From NCBI GenBank assembly GCA_963977445.1, contig CAXBPH010000134.1, positions 1 through 18,022 of the forward strand: DNA of 18,022 nt, written 5' to 3'. Each line of letters begins with the position of its first letter. Position 1 is the stretch's first letter. This DNA comes from an uncultured bacterium (lineage in GTDB: Bacteria > Hydrogenedentota > Hydrogenedentia > Hydrogenedentales > JAEUWI01). The position numbers and the translations under genes are program-made. Positions 6,071-14,313 of this stretch are shown in pieces. A model generated the notes under the pieces. That model searched no databases. It worked only from the letters and a program-made list of their open reading frames with translations, and was not told the DNA's origin.

Positions 6071-8359
6071 TTGAATCGAGACACGTTGCAAAACACCGCC
6101 CCCCCTGAGCGAATCGCATTTCTGGGCAATTATCTGCCCCGACTTTGCGGCATCGCTACCTTTACCAACGATCTCTGTGAAGCCGTGAGCGACGCTTTTC
6201 CCGAGTCCAAATGCTTTGCCGGCGCGGTCAATGACCGTCCGGAACGCTACGACTACCCACCGCGTGTACATTTCGAGCTGGAAGAGCGCGACCTGAATTC
6301 CTATCGGCGCGCGGCAGACTTCCTGAATTTCAATAACACCGACTTGCTCTGCGTGCAACACGAGTTCGGGATCTACGGCGGCCCCGCAGGCAGCCACCTG
6401 CTTGCCTTGCTGAAAGAGGTCCGCATGCCGGTGGTCACGACCCTCCACACCATCCTGAGCGACCCCAGCGCGGTCCAGCGCAAAGTGATGGATGAACTCG
6501 TGCTTCGCAGCGACCGGCTCGTGGTGATGGCCCACAAGGGTGCCGAAATACTCAGCGAAACCTATGAGGTGCCCGACGGCAAGATCGATATTATCCCCCA
6601 CGGCATCCCCGACATTCCGTTTGCAGACTCCGAGCTGTCCAAGGCCCAATTTGGTGTCGATGGCCGCGCCGTATTGCTCACCTTTGGCCTCCTTGGCCCG
6701 GGTAAAGGCATCGAACATGTTATCGAGGCCCTCCCGGCGATTGTGGCGGCCAACCCCAAGGTGGTCTACCTGATCCTCGGGGCGACCCACCCCCAATTGC
6801 TGGCCCGTGAAGGGGAGCGCTATCGGCTGAGTCTCGAGCGGCTGGCCGAAGATCGGGGCGTCAAAGACCATGTCATCTTTTACAATCGATTCGTTTCCCT
6901 GTCGGACCTGAGCGAATTCATCTGCGCCACCGACGTGTATCTCACGCCCTATCTCAACGCGGGCCAGATTACGTCGGGCACACTCGCCTACGTTTTTGGT
7001 GCCGGCAAGGCGGTCGTCTCCACCCCCTATTGGCACGCCCAGGAGTTACTGGCCGACGGCCGGGGCATGTTGGTCCCCTTCAACGACCCGCCGGCCATTG
7101 CCAAGGCCGTCTGCGAATACCTCGGCGACCCGGTCAAGATGAAAAAAACCCGAATCGATGCCCACGCAATCGGCCGCGATATGATCTGGCCTGCCGTAGC
7201 GAAGCGTTACATGGCCTCGATGGTTCATGCCTGCGCCGATCGCAAGGCCATACCGCGAACCGCATTTGCGGAGTGGACCCTGGCCAGTCGCCCCTATGAG
7301 TTGCCCCCCCTCCGCCTTGATCATATATTGCGCATGAGTGATGGCACGGGTATCTTTCAACACGCTATTTTCAACGTGCCAAACTTTCATCATGGCTACT
7401 GCGTGGATGACAACGCCCGTGCCTTTATACTCTGCAACCACCTGACGGAGCTCGGCGGCACCACCCCATCGGGGAATCTGGATGTGCTCACGACGAGCTA
7501 TCTGGCCTTTCTCGCCGCCGCCTATAATAGGGAAACCTGTCGCTTCCGGAATTTCATGAGCCACGGACGAGAATGGCTGGAGGAAACCGGTAGCGAGGAC
7601 AGCCACGGACGTGCCCTCTGGGCCCTGGGCACCGGTGCGGCCCGCTCTCGCGATGACGGACGACGCAGGTTGTCGGCCCAATTGTTTGTGAGTGCCCTGG
7701 AAACGGTACGCTCCTTCACTTCCCCGCGGGCGTGGGCCTTTACCTTGCTGGGTGCCCACGAATATCTGCGACAGCATCCCAATTCCTCACAGGTCCACGA
7801 GCTATGCACCTTCCTGACCGATAAGCTGGTCACCCTGTGGAAGCACAGTGCCACCGAAAACTGGCCGTGGTTTGAGCCCGTTGTCACCTACGACAACGCC
7901 CGCCTCTGTCACGCGCTCATCCTCAGTGGCAACCATTCGGCCCATCCCGAAACCCTCGATATCGGGTTACAATCCTTGCGCTGGCTCGCCTCATTGCAAA
8001 CGACGCAAGGGGAGCACTTCCGGCCCATCGGTAGTAACGGATTTTATACCAGGGAAGGAGCCCGTGCCGATTTCGACCAACAACCCGTCGAAGCCCAGGC
8101 CATGGTTTCCGCTTGCCTCGAAGCCTATCGCCTCACCGAAGACCCGTCTTGGTCCAAGGAGGCACGGCGCGCATTTGAATGGTTCCTGGGGCGCAACGAC
8201 CTCGGATTGCCTATATACGACCCCGGTACCGGTGGTTGTGGAGACGGATTGCACAGCGATCGTGTCAACGAAAACCAGGGGGCTGAATCGACACTTGCTT
8301 TTCATCTCGCCCTGGCAGAAATGAACTACGCGGAACACCCGCTGCGAGCGAGCCTATGA
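6071..8359 (+). CDS. Glycosyltransferase family 4 protein fused to a C-terminal six-hairpin glycosidase-like domain
   Basis: GT-B/GT4 motifs: YLPRLCGIATFT, QHEFGIYGG, TTLHT, IPHG, FGLLGPGKGIE, SGTLAY..GKAVVSTPY. From about aa 411 a separate domain has GIFQHA, GYCVDDNARA, SEDSHGRALWALG, WPWFE..TYDNARL, FDQQPVEA, GGCGDGL..VNENQGAESTLA. TTG start is approximate. Confidence 0.9.
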   Translation: MNRDTLQNTAPPERIAFLGNYLPRLCGIATFTNDLCEAVSDAFPESKCFAGAVNDRPERYDYPPRVHFELEERDLNSYRRAADFLNFNNTDLLCVQHEFGIYGGPAGSHLLALLKEVRMPVVTTLHTILSDPSAVQRKVMDELVLRSDRLVVMAHKGAEILSETYEVPDGKIDIIPHGIPDIPFADSELSKAQFGVDGRAVLLTFGLLGPGKGIEHVIEALPAIVAANPKVVYLILGATHPQLLAREGERYRLSLERLAEDRGVKDHVIFYNRFVSLSDLSEFICATDVYLTPYLNAGQITSGTLAYVFGAGKAVVSTPYWHAQELLADGRGMLVPFNDPPAIAKAVCEYLGDPVKMKKTRIDAHAIGRDMIWPAVAKRYMASMVHACADRKAIPRTAFAEWTLASRPYELPPLRLDHILRMSDGTGIFQHAIFNVPNFHHGYCVDDNARAFILCNHLTELGGTTPSGNLDVLTTSYLAFLAAAYNRETCRFRNFMSHGREWLEETGSEDSHGRALWALGTGAARSRDDGRRRLSAQLFVSALETVRSFTSPRAWAFTLLGAHEYLRQHPNSSQVHELCTFLTDKLVTLWKHSATENWPWFEPVVTYDNARLCHALILSGNHSAHPETLDIGLQSLRWLASLQTTQGEHFRPIGSNGFYTREGARADFDQQPVEAQAMVSACLEAYRLTEDPSWSKEARRAFEWFLGRNDLGLPIYDPGTGGCGDGLHSDRVNENQGAESTLAFHLALAEMNYAEHPLRASL

Positions 8360-9816
8360 CCCCCATCAGAATTCGACGTCAATCCTTCCGCCTGCTCCCC
8401 GACGTCGGGCGGGTCATTATCCGCCCCTTTATCCCGGGAAATTCGGCGCACATCGCGGCCATTATCGGGCGCACCCTGGCACTTACAGAAGAGGAAGTGT
8501 CCCACGAATTGAAATCGATTTATACGTCCTTCGACGGAAGACATATCAATCTTGAATCGTTGTTGCTTGAAAACTATCAACGGGTGAATGCCCATCTGTT
8601 CACCCAACGACCCATTTCCCCGGCCCGCCAGTTGCTGATGGGTGCCCTGTTCTCCGGGGAGTATTCGTTGGAGTCCGCCGCCCTCTTCAACCCATCGATT
8701 GTTCCCCATCCCGATCAGAGCGACATGCCTGAGGGTGCCTTACGCTTCATCATGAGCCTGCGCGCAACCGGCGAGGGACACATCTCCTCCATCGAGTTTC
8801 GGGAAGGCCAGATATCGCCCACCGGAGAGGTGGAAGTCACCCCGGCGACTCGCTTTGTGGAAGAGCCCCAATTATTGCCCAACCCAAACTACCGGAAACG
8901 GATTTTTCTCATCAAGTTGCACGAGATGGGATTCGACAACGAGTGCGCTGAATCCGTGATGGCACCCCTGTCTGATACATTCACCCGATCAGAGCTTGTC
9001 ACCAGGATGGCCCACGTCCAGTGGGAAAACCTGCCCATGCACCACGACATTCGCCACACCCTTGAATGCATCCAGTGGCTGGCCGATTCCAATTACGAGC
9101 TACGCTTCCCCGATTCACTCGCCTTGAGCGAACGCATCATGTTTCCCGTATCCACCAACGAAAGCAACGGTATCGAAGATGCGCGATTCGTCCGCTTCAC
9201 CGAAGATGATGGGACCGTCACCTACTACGCCACCTATACGGCCTACAACGGTCGGGACATCCTCCCCCAGCTTATTCAGACTGAAGACTTTCTCCACTTC
9301 CGTGTGCTTACCCTCAATGGCAGGGACGCGCAAAACAAAGGCATGGCCCTTTTTCCCCGACGCATCAACGGCAACTACACCATGCTTTCGCGCCAGGACG
9401 ATGAAAACATCCTCATCATGAAGTCGCCCAATCCGCACTACTGGAGCGACCCCCAAATGCTGCTCCGTCCCGCCGAAGTCTGGGAGTCTGTAAAGCTGGG
9501 CAACTGTGGATCCCCGATAGAAACAGATGCCGGCTGGCTCGTTATAACCCACGGCGTGGGCCCCATGAGAACCTATTGTATTGGGGCCGTCTTGCTGGAC
9601 TTGCATGACCCCACCCGCGTGATCGGACGACTTCGGGAGCCCTTACTCCGCCCGGAAGGTGATGAACGGGAAGGCTACGTTCCCAACGTGGTCTACAGCT
9701 GCGGCTCCCTCCGCCACGGCGACGAAATCATCCTGCCCTACGCCATGAGCGACCGGGCCACCACGGTGGCCAACATTAACCTGGAGGACCTCCTGGCGGC
9801 GCTGCTGTCCGGCTGA
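8356..9816 (+). CDS. Glycoside hydrolase family 130 protein (beta-mannoside phosphorylase/hydrolase-like), long form
   Basis: ALFNPS, GIEDARF, YYATYTAYNG, NKGMALFPRRING, KLGNCGSPIETDAGWLVITHGV, EREGYVPNVVYSCG. ATGA overlap with the upstream gene. Confidence 0.9.
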   Translation: MTPIRIRRQSFRLLPDVGRVIIRPFIPGNSAHIAAIIGRTLALTEEEVSHELKSIYTSFDGRHINLESLLLENYQRVNAHLFTQRPISPARQLLMGALFSGEYSLESAALFNPSIVPHPDQSDMPEGALRFIMSLRATGEGHISSIEFREGQISPTGEVEVTPATRFVEEPQLLPNPNYRKRIFLIKLHEMGFDNECAESVMAPLSDTFTRSELVTRMAHVQWENLPMHHDIRHTLECIQWLADSNYELRFPDSLALSERIMFPVSTNESNGIEDARFVRFTEDDGTVTYYATYTAYNGRDILPQLIQTEDFLHFRVLTLNGRDAQNKGMALFPRRINGNYTMLSRQDDENILIMKSPNPHYWSDPQMLLRPAEVWESVKLGNCGSPIETDAGWLVITHGVGPMRTYCIGAVLLDLHDPTRVIGRLREPLLRPEGDEREGYVPNVVYSCGSLRHGDEIILPYAMSDRATTVANINLEDLLAALLSG

Positions 9817-9823
9817 GTGCTCT

Positions 9824-10834
9824 TCAGCTACCCAGGATTCCGCGGTACACCCCTTCATAGTCTTCCGCCATCCGGCCTACGCTAAAGCGCTCTTCCACCC
9901 AACGGCGACACGCGGCACGGTCGAGCCCGGCCACGTCGCTGACGGCGGCGGCCATCGCTGCGGCGTCCTGTACGAGAAATCCCGTCACACCGGGGCAGAT
10001 GACTTCGGACATACTGCCCCGGTCAATGGCCAGGACCGGCGTCCCACAGGCCATGGCTTCCACCACGGAGAGTCCGAAGGGTTCATCGAAGTGAATCGGG
10101 TGCAGGAGTGCCAGGGCACCACCCAGCACCGCATCGCGTTCTGCTGGACCGACGCTGCCGATGTAGACACACTGATCGTCGTTGAGATAGGGCCGAACCT
10201 CCCGTTCGAAATAGCCCTCGTCCTGCACGATACCCGCCAGCACCAGTTTCTTCCCGGTTTTCCGGGCAATCTCAATGCACTCCTTCGTACCTTTGTCAGG
10301 ATGAATCCGCCCGAAGAAAAGCAGGTACTCTCCCGGCACATCACGGTAGCTGAACTCCTGCAAATCAATGCCGTGGTGCACCGTGGCCGCGTAATCCAGT
10401 TCGGGGGACCTGTCGGCATTGCTGATGGACACATAGCGGGTGGTGCCGTTGTACTTTTTGTAGACCGGCAGGATTTCCGACGAAGAAAACCCGTGAATCG
10501 TGCTGACTAAGGGGGTCTTGGTCATGCGAGAATAGCTCAGGGGCAGAAAATCGAAATGGTTGTGAATGATGTCGAATTCGTCGCCCCGCTCAAACACCTC
10601 CGCAATATGGAGGCACTCCCATACCTTGGCGTTAACTGTGCGGTCTTCCTCATAGCCACGGGGGCATACACTGGCGAGGGTTCCTGTCGTCTGGGAGTCA
10701 CCTGTGGCAAAAAGCGTCACGTCGATGCCCCGAGCTACCAGCCCTTCGGTGAGAAGGGAGACGACCCGCTCCCAGGGTCCGTAATGTCGCGGTGGTGTGC
10801 GCCACGCGATAGGGGAAATCATGGCCACCTTCAT
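9824..10834 (-). CDS. Glycosyltransferase family 4 protein
   Basis: MKVAMISP...PPRHYGPWERVV, DIIHNH, STIHG, FGRIHPDKG and the GT4 EX7E motif EPFGLSVVEAMACGTPV. ATG at 10834 has GGAG upstream; the ORF-track start at 10885 is probably too long. Confidence 0.93.
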   Translation of the reverse strand: MKVAMISPIAWRTPPRHYGPWERVVSLLTEGLVARGIDVTLFATGDSQTTGTLASVCPRGYEEDRTVNAKVWECLHIAEVFERGDEFDIIHNHFDFLPLSYSRMTKTPLVSTIHGFSSSEILPVYKKYNGTTRYVSISNADRSPELDYAATVHHGIDLQEFSYRDVPGEYLLFFGRIHPDKGTKECIEIARKTGKKLVLAGIVQDEGYFEREVRPYLNDDQCVYIGSVGPAERDAVLGGALALLHPIHFDEPFGLSVVEAMACGTPVLAIDRGSMSEVICPGVTGFLVQDAAAMAAAVSDVAGLDRAACRRWVEERFSVGRMAEDYEGVYRGILGS

Positions 10835-10985
10835 AGGGAAACTCCGCGCCAGACCGCATCCGGCTACTCCTGCGCATCGGACCAATCTCGTGGATCAAGA
10901 GCCCCGAAGAATTCGGGGAGTGGGCGAATTACCCGCGCAAACGAAGTGTAACACATCCCCACCCATGCCAGACCCCACCGCCAGG

Positions 10986-11324
10986 TCAGGCCCGGCCCGT
11001 CGCCTCCATACCCAACACACCGTTTACCCCGGTCACGAATTCCTGCCAGGAAACCCGTTGTAGTGCCAGCGACTTCGTGCCTTCTGCGGTAATGCGATAA
11101 AACTTCCGGCGCCGCCCTGTCTCTTTGTCTTCCCAGAAGGATTCCAGCAACCCCCGACGTTCCATGCGATGAAGGGCCGGGTACAGACTCCCCTCCTTCA
11201 ACTCAAAATAGCCTGCCGAACGGCGCATGACCTGCTGGGTAATTTCATAGCCATAGGTGGGGCCAGTCTGGGCAATTTGCAAGACCAGCATTTCTAAACT
11301 GCCACTGAGAAATCGAGAATCCAT
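10986..11324 (-). CDS. PadR family transcriptional regulator (short, subfamily-2 type)
   Basis: GSLEMLVL...TYGYEI...LKEGSLYPALHRME..GLL...GRRRKFYRIT.EG...W winged-helix signature. Start at ATG 11324 (or 11354), consistent with the promoter just upstream. Confidence 0.93.
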   Translation of the reverse strand: MDSRFLSGSLEMLVLQIAQTGPTYGYEITQQVMRRSAGYFELKEGSLYPALHRMERRGLLESFWEDKETGRRRKFYRITAEGTKSLALQRVSWQEFVTGVNGVLGMEATGRA

Positions 11325-11349
11325 GACGGGTAGGGTACTCCGGCTTTTG

Positions 11350-11368
11350 TGCATAGCACGACTATGGA
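11350..11368. promoter_or_regulatory. Putative PadR operator (inverted repeat)
   Basis: tgCATAG-cacga-CTATGga, directly downstream of the -10 box and over the predicted transcription start. Confidence 0.6.
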
Positions 11369-11369
11369 T

Positions 11370-11398
11370 AGCATACGACGAAGACGGCGCGATGTCAA
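11370..11398 (-). promoter_or_regulatory. Sigma-70 type promoter of padR
   Basis: Minus strand TTGACA (11398-11393), 17-bp spacer, TATGCT (11375-11370). Confidence 0.75.
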
Positions 11399-11646
11399 GA
11401 GAACAGCATGGCACCCCCCCGGACACCGCCACACCCAGACGCCCTCGACGCCATGACCAATACGGTCCGTGCCATCAGGATTCCCTCGCAACCGAAAGTA
11501 TACTTTCTACCCAAGGGGCATTCTTGCTCAATATTGCCCGTAACTACCCGCTGACACATGCATTCCGACGGCAAAATAGGCTAAACTACAGGCCAATCGC
11601 GGAGAAGTCCGGTGCACCGTCGTGCATTCGGGAAACCGGAGAAGCT

Positions 11647-12504
11647 ATGAGTTTGTTGTTTGACCGTGTCACGATTGTTGGCGCGGGTTTATTGGGGGCA
11701 TCCCTGGGACTGGCGCTACAGGCGACCGGTGCGGCCCGTCACGTCGTGGGGGTCGGTCGGCGACAGGAAAGCCTGGATACCGCCCTGCGGGTTGGCGCGA
11801 TTACCGAAGGGTCCCTCGACCTCGCCACCGCCGTGTCTCAATCCGATCTCATTGTCATCGCTACGCCAGCGGGCACCGTGATTCCAACGATTGACCAGGT
11901 TCGTATCGCCTGCCCGGAAGGTGCCATTGTCATCGACGTGGCCAGCACCAAGGCGGCAATCTGTATTCATGCGGAAAACACCTGGCCCACACCCCGTCGA
12001 TTCATCGGATGCCACCCCATGGCCGGTTCGGAGAAATCGGGCCCCGAAAATGCCATCGCCACCCTGTACAACAACAGCGTGTGCCTGATTGAGACCCATA
12101 ACGATATTGACCCCGATGCCCTGGCCCGGGTCCGCCAACTGTGGGAAGCCGTGGGCGCACACACCCTCGCCATCGACCCGGCCACCCATGACACCATCCT
12201 GGCCCAGACGAGCCACGTCCCCCACATCCTATCCACCATTCTGGCCACCACGGCGGCCGAATGCGAGGCCACACAGGCCTTTGTCGGCAATGGTTTTCGG
12301 GATATGACCCGTATCGCGGCAGGTAACCCGGAAATGTGGCGTGATATTACCCAGACCAACCGCGCCGCCATTGCCAATGGTCTCGTCGCCGTAAAGGATC
12401 AACTCGACCTTTTTCTAGCCGCCCTTGCTGCGGGCGATGGCTCCACGCTGGCAGACCTCTTTGAAGCGGGCAAGGCCGCCCGGGAAAAGGTGCTCTCGGA
12501 ATGA
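11647..12504 (+). CDS. tyrA: Prephenate/arogenate dehydrogenase (TyrA family)
   Basis: IVGAGLLGASLG Rossmann motif, IATP, DVASTK, FIGCHPMAGSEKSG, HD...SHVPH, GFRDMTRIA...MWRDI...N. ATG 11647 follows GGAG; the ORF-track extension from 11257 overlaps padR and is unlikely. Confidence 0.93.
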   Translation: MSLLFDRVTIVGAGLLGASLGLALQATGAARHVVGVGRRQESLDTALRVGAITEGSLDLATAVSQSDLIVIATPAGTVIPTIDQVRIACPEGAIVIDVASTKAAICIHAENTWPTPRRFIGCHPMAGSEKSGPENAIATLYNNSVCLIETHNDIDPDALARVRQLWEAVGAHTLAIDPATHDTILAQTSHVPHILSTILATTAAECEATQAFVGNGFRDMTRIAAGNPEMWRDITQTNRAAIANGLVAVKDQLDLFLAALAAGDGSTLADLFEAGKAAREKVLSE

Positions 12505-13136
12505 GGGGACTCTTTATCACGTTTGAAGGCGTAGAAGGCTGTGGTAAGTCGACCCAGCTCAAGGAGCTTCAGGCCCACCTCGAAGCAGCAGGCCACACCG
12601 TTGTCGTGACCCGCGAGCCCGGGGGCACGCCCATCGCGGAGTCCATCCGCGAAATTCTCCTCGATCCAGACAACACGGCCATGGGTGCCACGGCGGAGTT
12701 ATTGCTCTACGAAGCGGCCCGCGCCCAACATATCCACGAGAAAATCGCTCCGGCCCTCCAGGCGGGACAGGTCGTGTTATGCGACCGTTTTGCCGACTCC
12801 ACCACCGCCTACCAGGGTGCAGGCCGCGGTATTGCCCCCGAGACACTCCGCGACTTGCACGACATTGCCACGGGCGGTATCTGGCCCCATGTCACCATCC
12901 TCATCGACCTCGATCCCCGCATCGGACTCAAACGGGCACGCAATCGGGGCCGGGAAGATCGCCTGGAACGGGAAGCCATCGAGTTTCACCAACGGGTCCG
13001 TGATGGTTTCCTGCGCCTGGCCGCCGAGGAACCCGACCGAATCCACATCGTTGATGGAAACGCTCCCATCGAAGCCGTATCGTCGGCAATCATCGCCCAC
13101 ATTGACACCTGTCTCGCCCCACGGAGTACGCCATGA
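12501..13136 (+). CDS. tmk: Thymidylate kinase (dTMP kinase)
   Basis: FITFEGVEGCGKSTQ P-loop, TREPGG, ELLLYEAARAQH, VLCDRFADSTTAYQG, DRLE. Confidence 0.97.
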   Translation: MRGLFITFEGVEGCGKSTQLKELQAHLEAAGHTVVVTREPGGTPIAESIREILLDPDNTAMGATAELLLYEAARAQHIHEKIAPALQAGQVVLCDRFADSTTAYQGAGRGIAPETLRDLHDIATGGIWPHVTILIDLDPRIGLKRARNRGREDRLEREAIEFHQRVRDGFLRLAAEEPDRIHIVDGNAPIEAVSSAIIAHIDTCLAPRSTP

Positions 13137-14218
13137 GCTTGAGCGACATCCAGGATCAGGAAGTTCCCCTGCGCCTCCTTCGGAACATCCTCCAGCAGAA
13201 TCGCGTTCCCAATGGACTGCTCTTCTGGGGCCCCGAAGGGGTAGGCAAGCGTTACGCTGCCATGGAGCTCGCGAAGGCCATCAATTGTAAAGACGGCAAC
13301 GGTGACGCCTGCGATCAATGCCTTTCCTGCCGAAAAATAAATTCCGGAAACCATCCCGACGTCAAAATCATCGCCCCATCGGGTAAGGTTCGCAATATTA
13401 ACGTCGATACCGTCGATTTCGTCACCGAGTTGGCGGCCTATCGGCCTTTTCAGGCGGAATGGCGTATTATTCTAATTCAGGACGTGGAGCGGATGCGCCC
13501 GGAGGCCCAGAACCACTTTCTAAAGACCCTGGAGGAGCCGCCGAGTAAAACGGCCTTCATCCTCCAGACGGCCTATCCCCAGCACCTTCTGCCCACCATC
13601 CGTTCCCGCTGCCAGCCGGTCCGTTTTGGTGCCTTACAGCCCGAGACGGTCGCTCGAATCCTCCAACGGGAACATACCCTCAGCGATGAGGAAGCCCACG
13701 CCATTGCTCTGGTATCCCAGGGACAGGTATCCCGTGCGCTGGATTTAGTGACGACCAACAAACGGGACGCCGTGGTCAAGGTAGCCGTGCGCCTGCTAAA
13801 GGGTGAAGACCCCCTCTTGCTGAGCGAGTCCTTTGTGGCCCACCTCAAGGAACAAACGGATTCTTTGAAATCCGCCTTGAAAAATGAGCTCGAGGGCAGC
13901 GGTCATGACGAAGGCACCCGCGAAGATATGGAAGAACAGAAAAAAGAGCAGGCCGCATTTATCGAAGGTCAGGTACGCCGGGACTACCTGGAGTACCTTT
14001 ACCTCTTCGAAACGTGGTATCGTGATGCATGGGTCTTTGAAGCCACTGGTGATGAAACCCGCCTCTTAAACAGGGACCACGCAGCCACCCTCCAGCAGTA
14101 TGTGGGTCAGGAACATCCCGCCAGGTTGACGGCTATCGAGCAGGCGTGGGTCTATATCGAGCGAAATTTGAGTATTGATCGGGTATTTCGTGATCTGTTT
14201 TTCGTACTCGCAACCTAG
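13133..14218 (+). CDS. holB: DNA polymerase III subunit delta'
   Basis: LLFWGPEGVGK, zinc module C-x8-CDQCLSC, HPD, LKTLEEPP, LLPTIRSRCQ. Canonical position after tmk with ATGA overlap. Confidence 0.95.
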   Translation: MSLSDIQDQEVPLRLLRNILQQNRVPNGLLFWGPEGVGKRYAAMELAKAINCKDGNGDACDQCLSCRKINSGNHPDVKIIAPSGKVRNINVDTVDFVTELAAYRPFQAEWRIILIQDVERMRPEAQNHFLKTLEEPPSKTAFILQTAYPQHLLPTIRSRCQPVRFGALQPETVARILQREHTLSDEEAHAIALVSQGQVSRALDLVTTNKRDAVVKVAVRLLKGEDPLLLSESFVAHLKEQTDSLKSALKNELEGSGHDEGTREDMEEQKKEQAAFIEGQVRRDYLEYLYLFETWYRDAWVFEATGDETRLLNRDHAATLQQYVGQEHPARLTAIEQAWVYIERNLSIDRVFRDLFFVLAT

Positions 14219-14313
14219 CGTAACTCCCCGCGCGATTCGGCGAAAAACAAACGTGAAAATCCCCGTGTGGTGGGCACCCTCGTTGTGCCCCCTTTCAGGA
14301 GATTGAGTCTGTA

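Noticed and set aside
5891..7777. 381-aa and 243-aa minus-strand ORFs
   Set aside because: Antisense shadows of the well-supported GT4 fusion gene.
11355..11432. N-terminal extension of PadR in the ORF track
   Set aside because: It spans the TTGACA/TATGCT promoter, so it lies largely upstream of the predicted transcript.
11257..11646. 130-aa N-terminal extension of TyrA in the ORF track
   Set aside because: It overlaps padR and its promoter. The Rossmann fold begins right after ATG 11647, which has an RBS.
14272..14296. Terminator or attenuator between holB and ricT (gggcac-N7-gtgccc-cctttc)
   Set aside because: The 6-bp stem and only three Ts are too weak to call.
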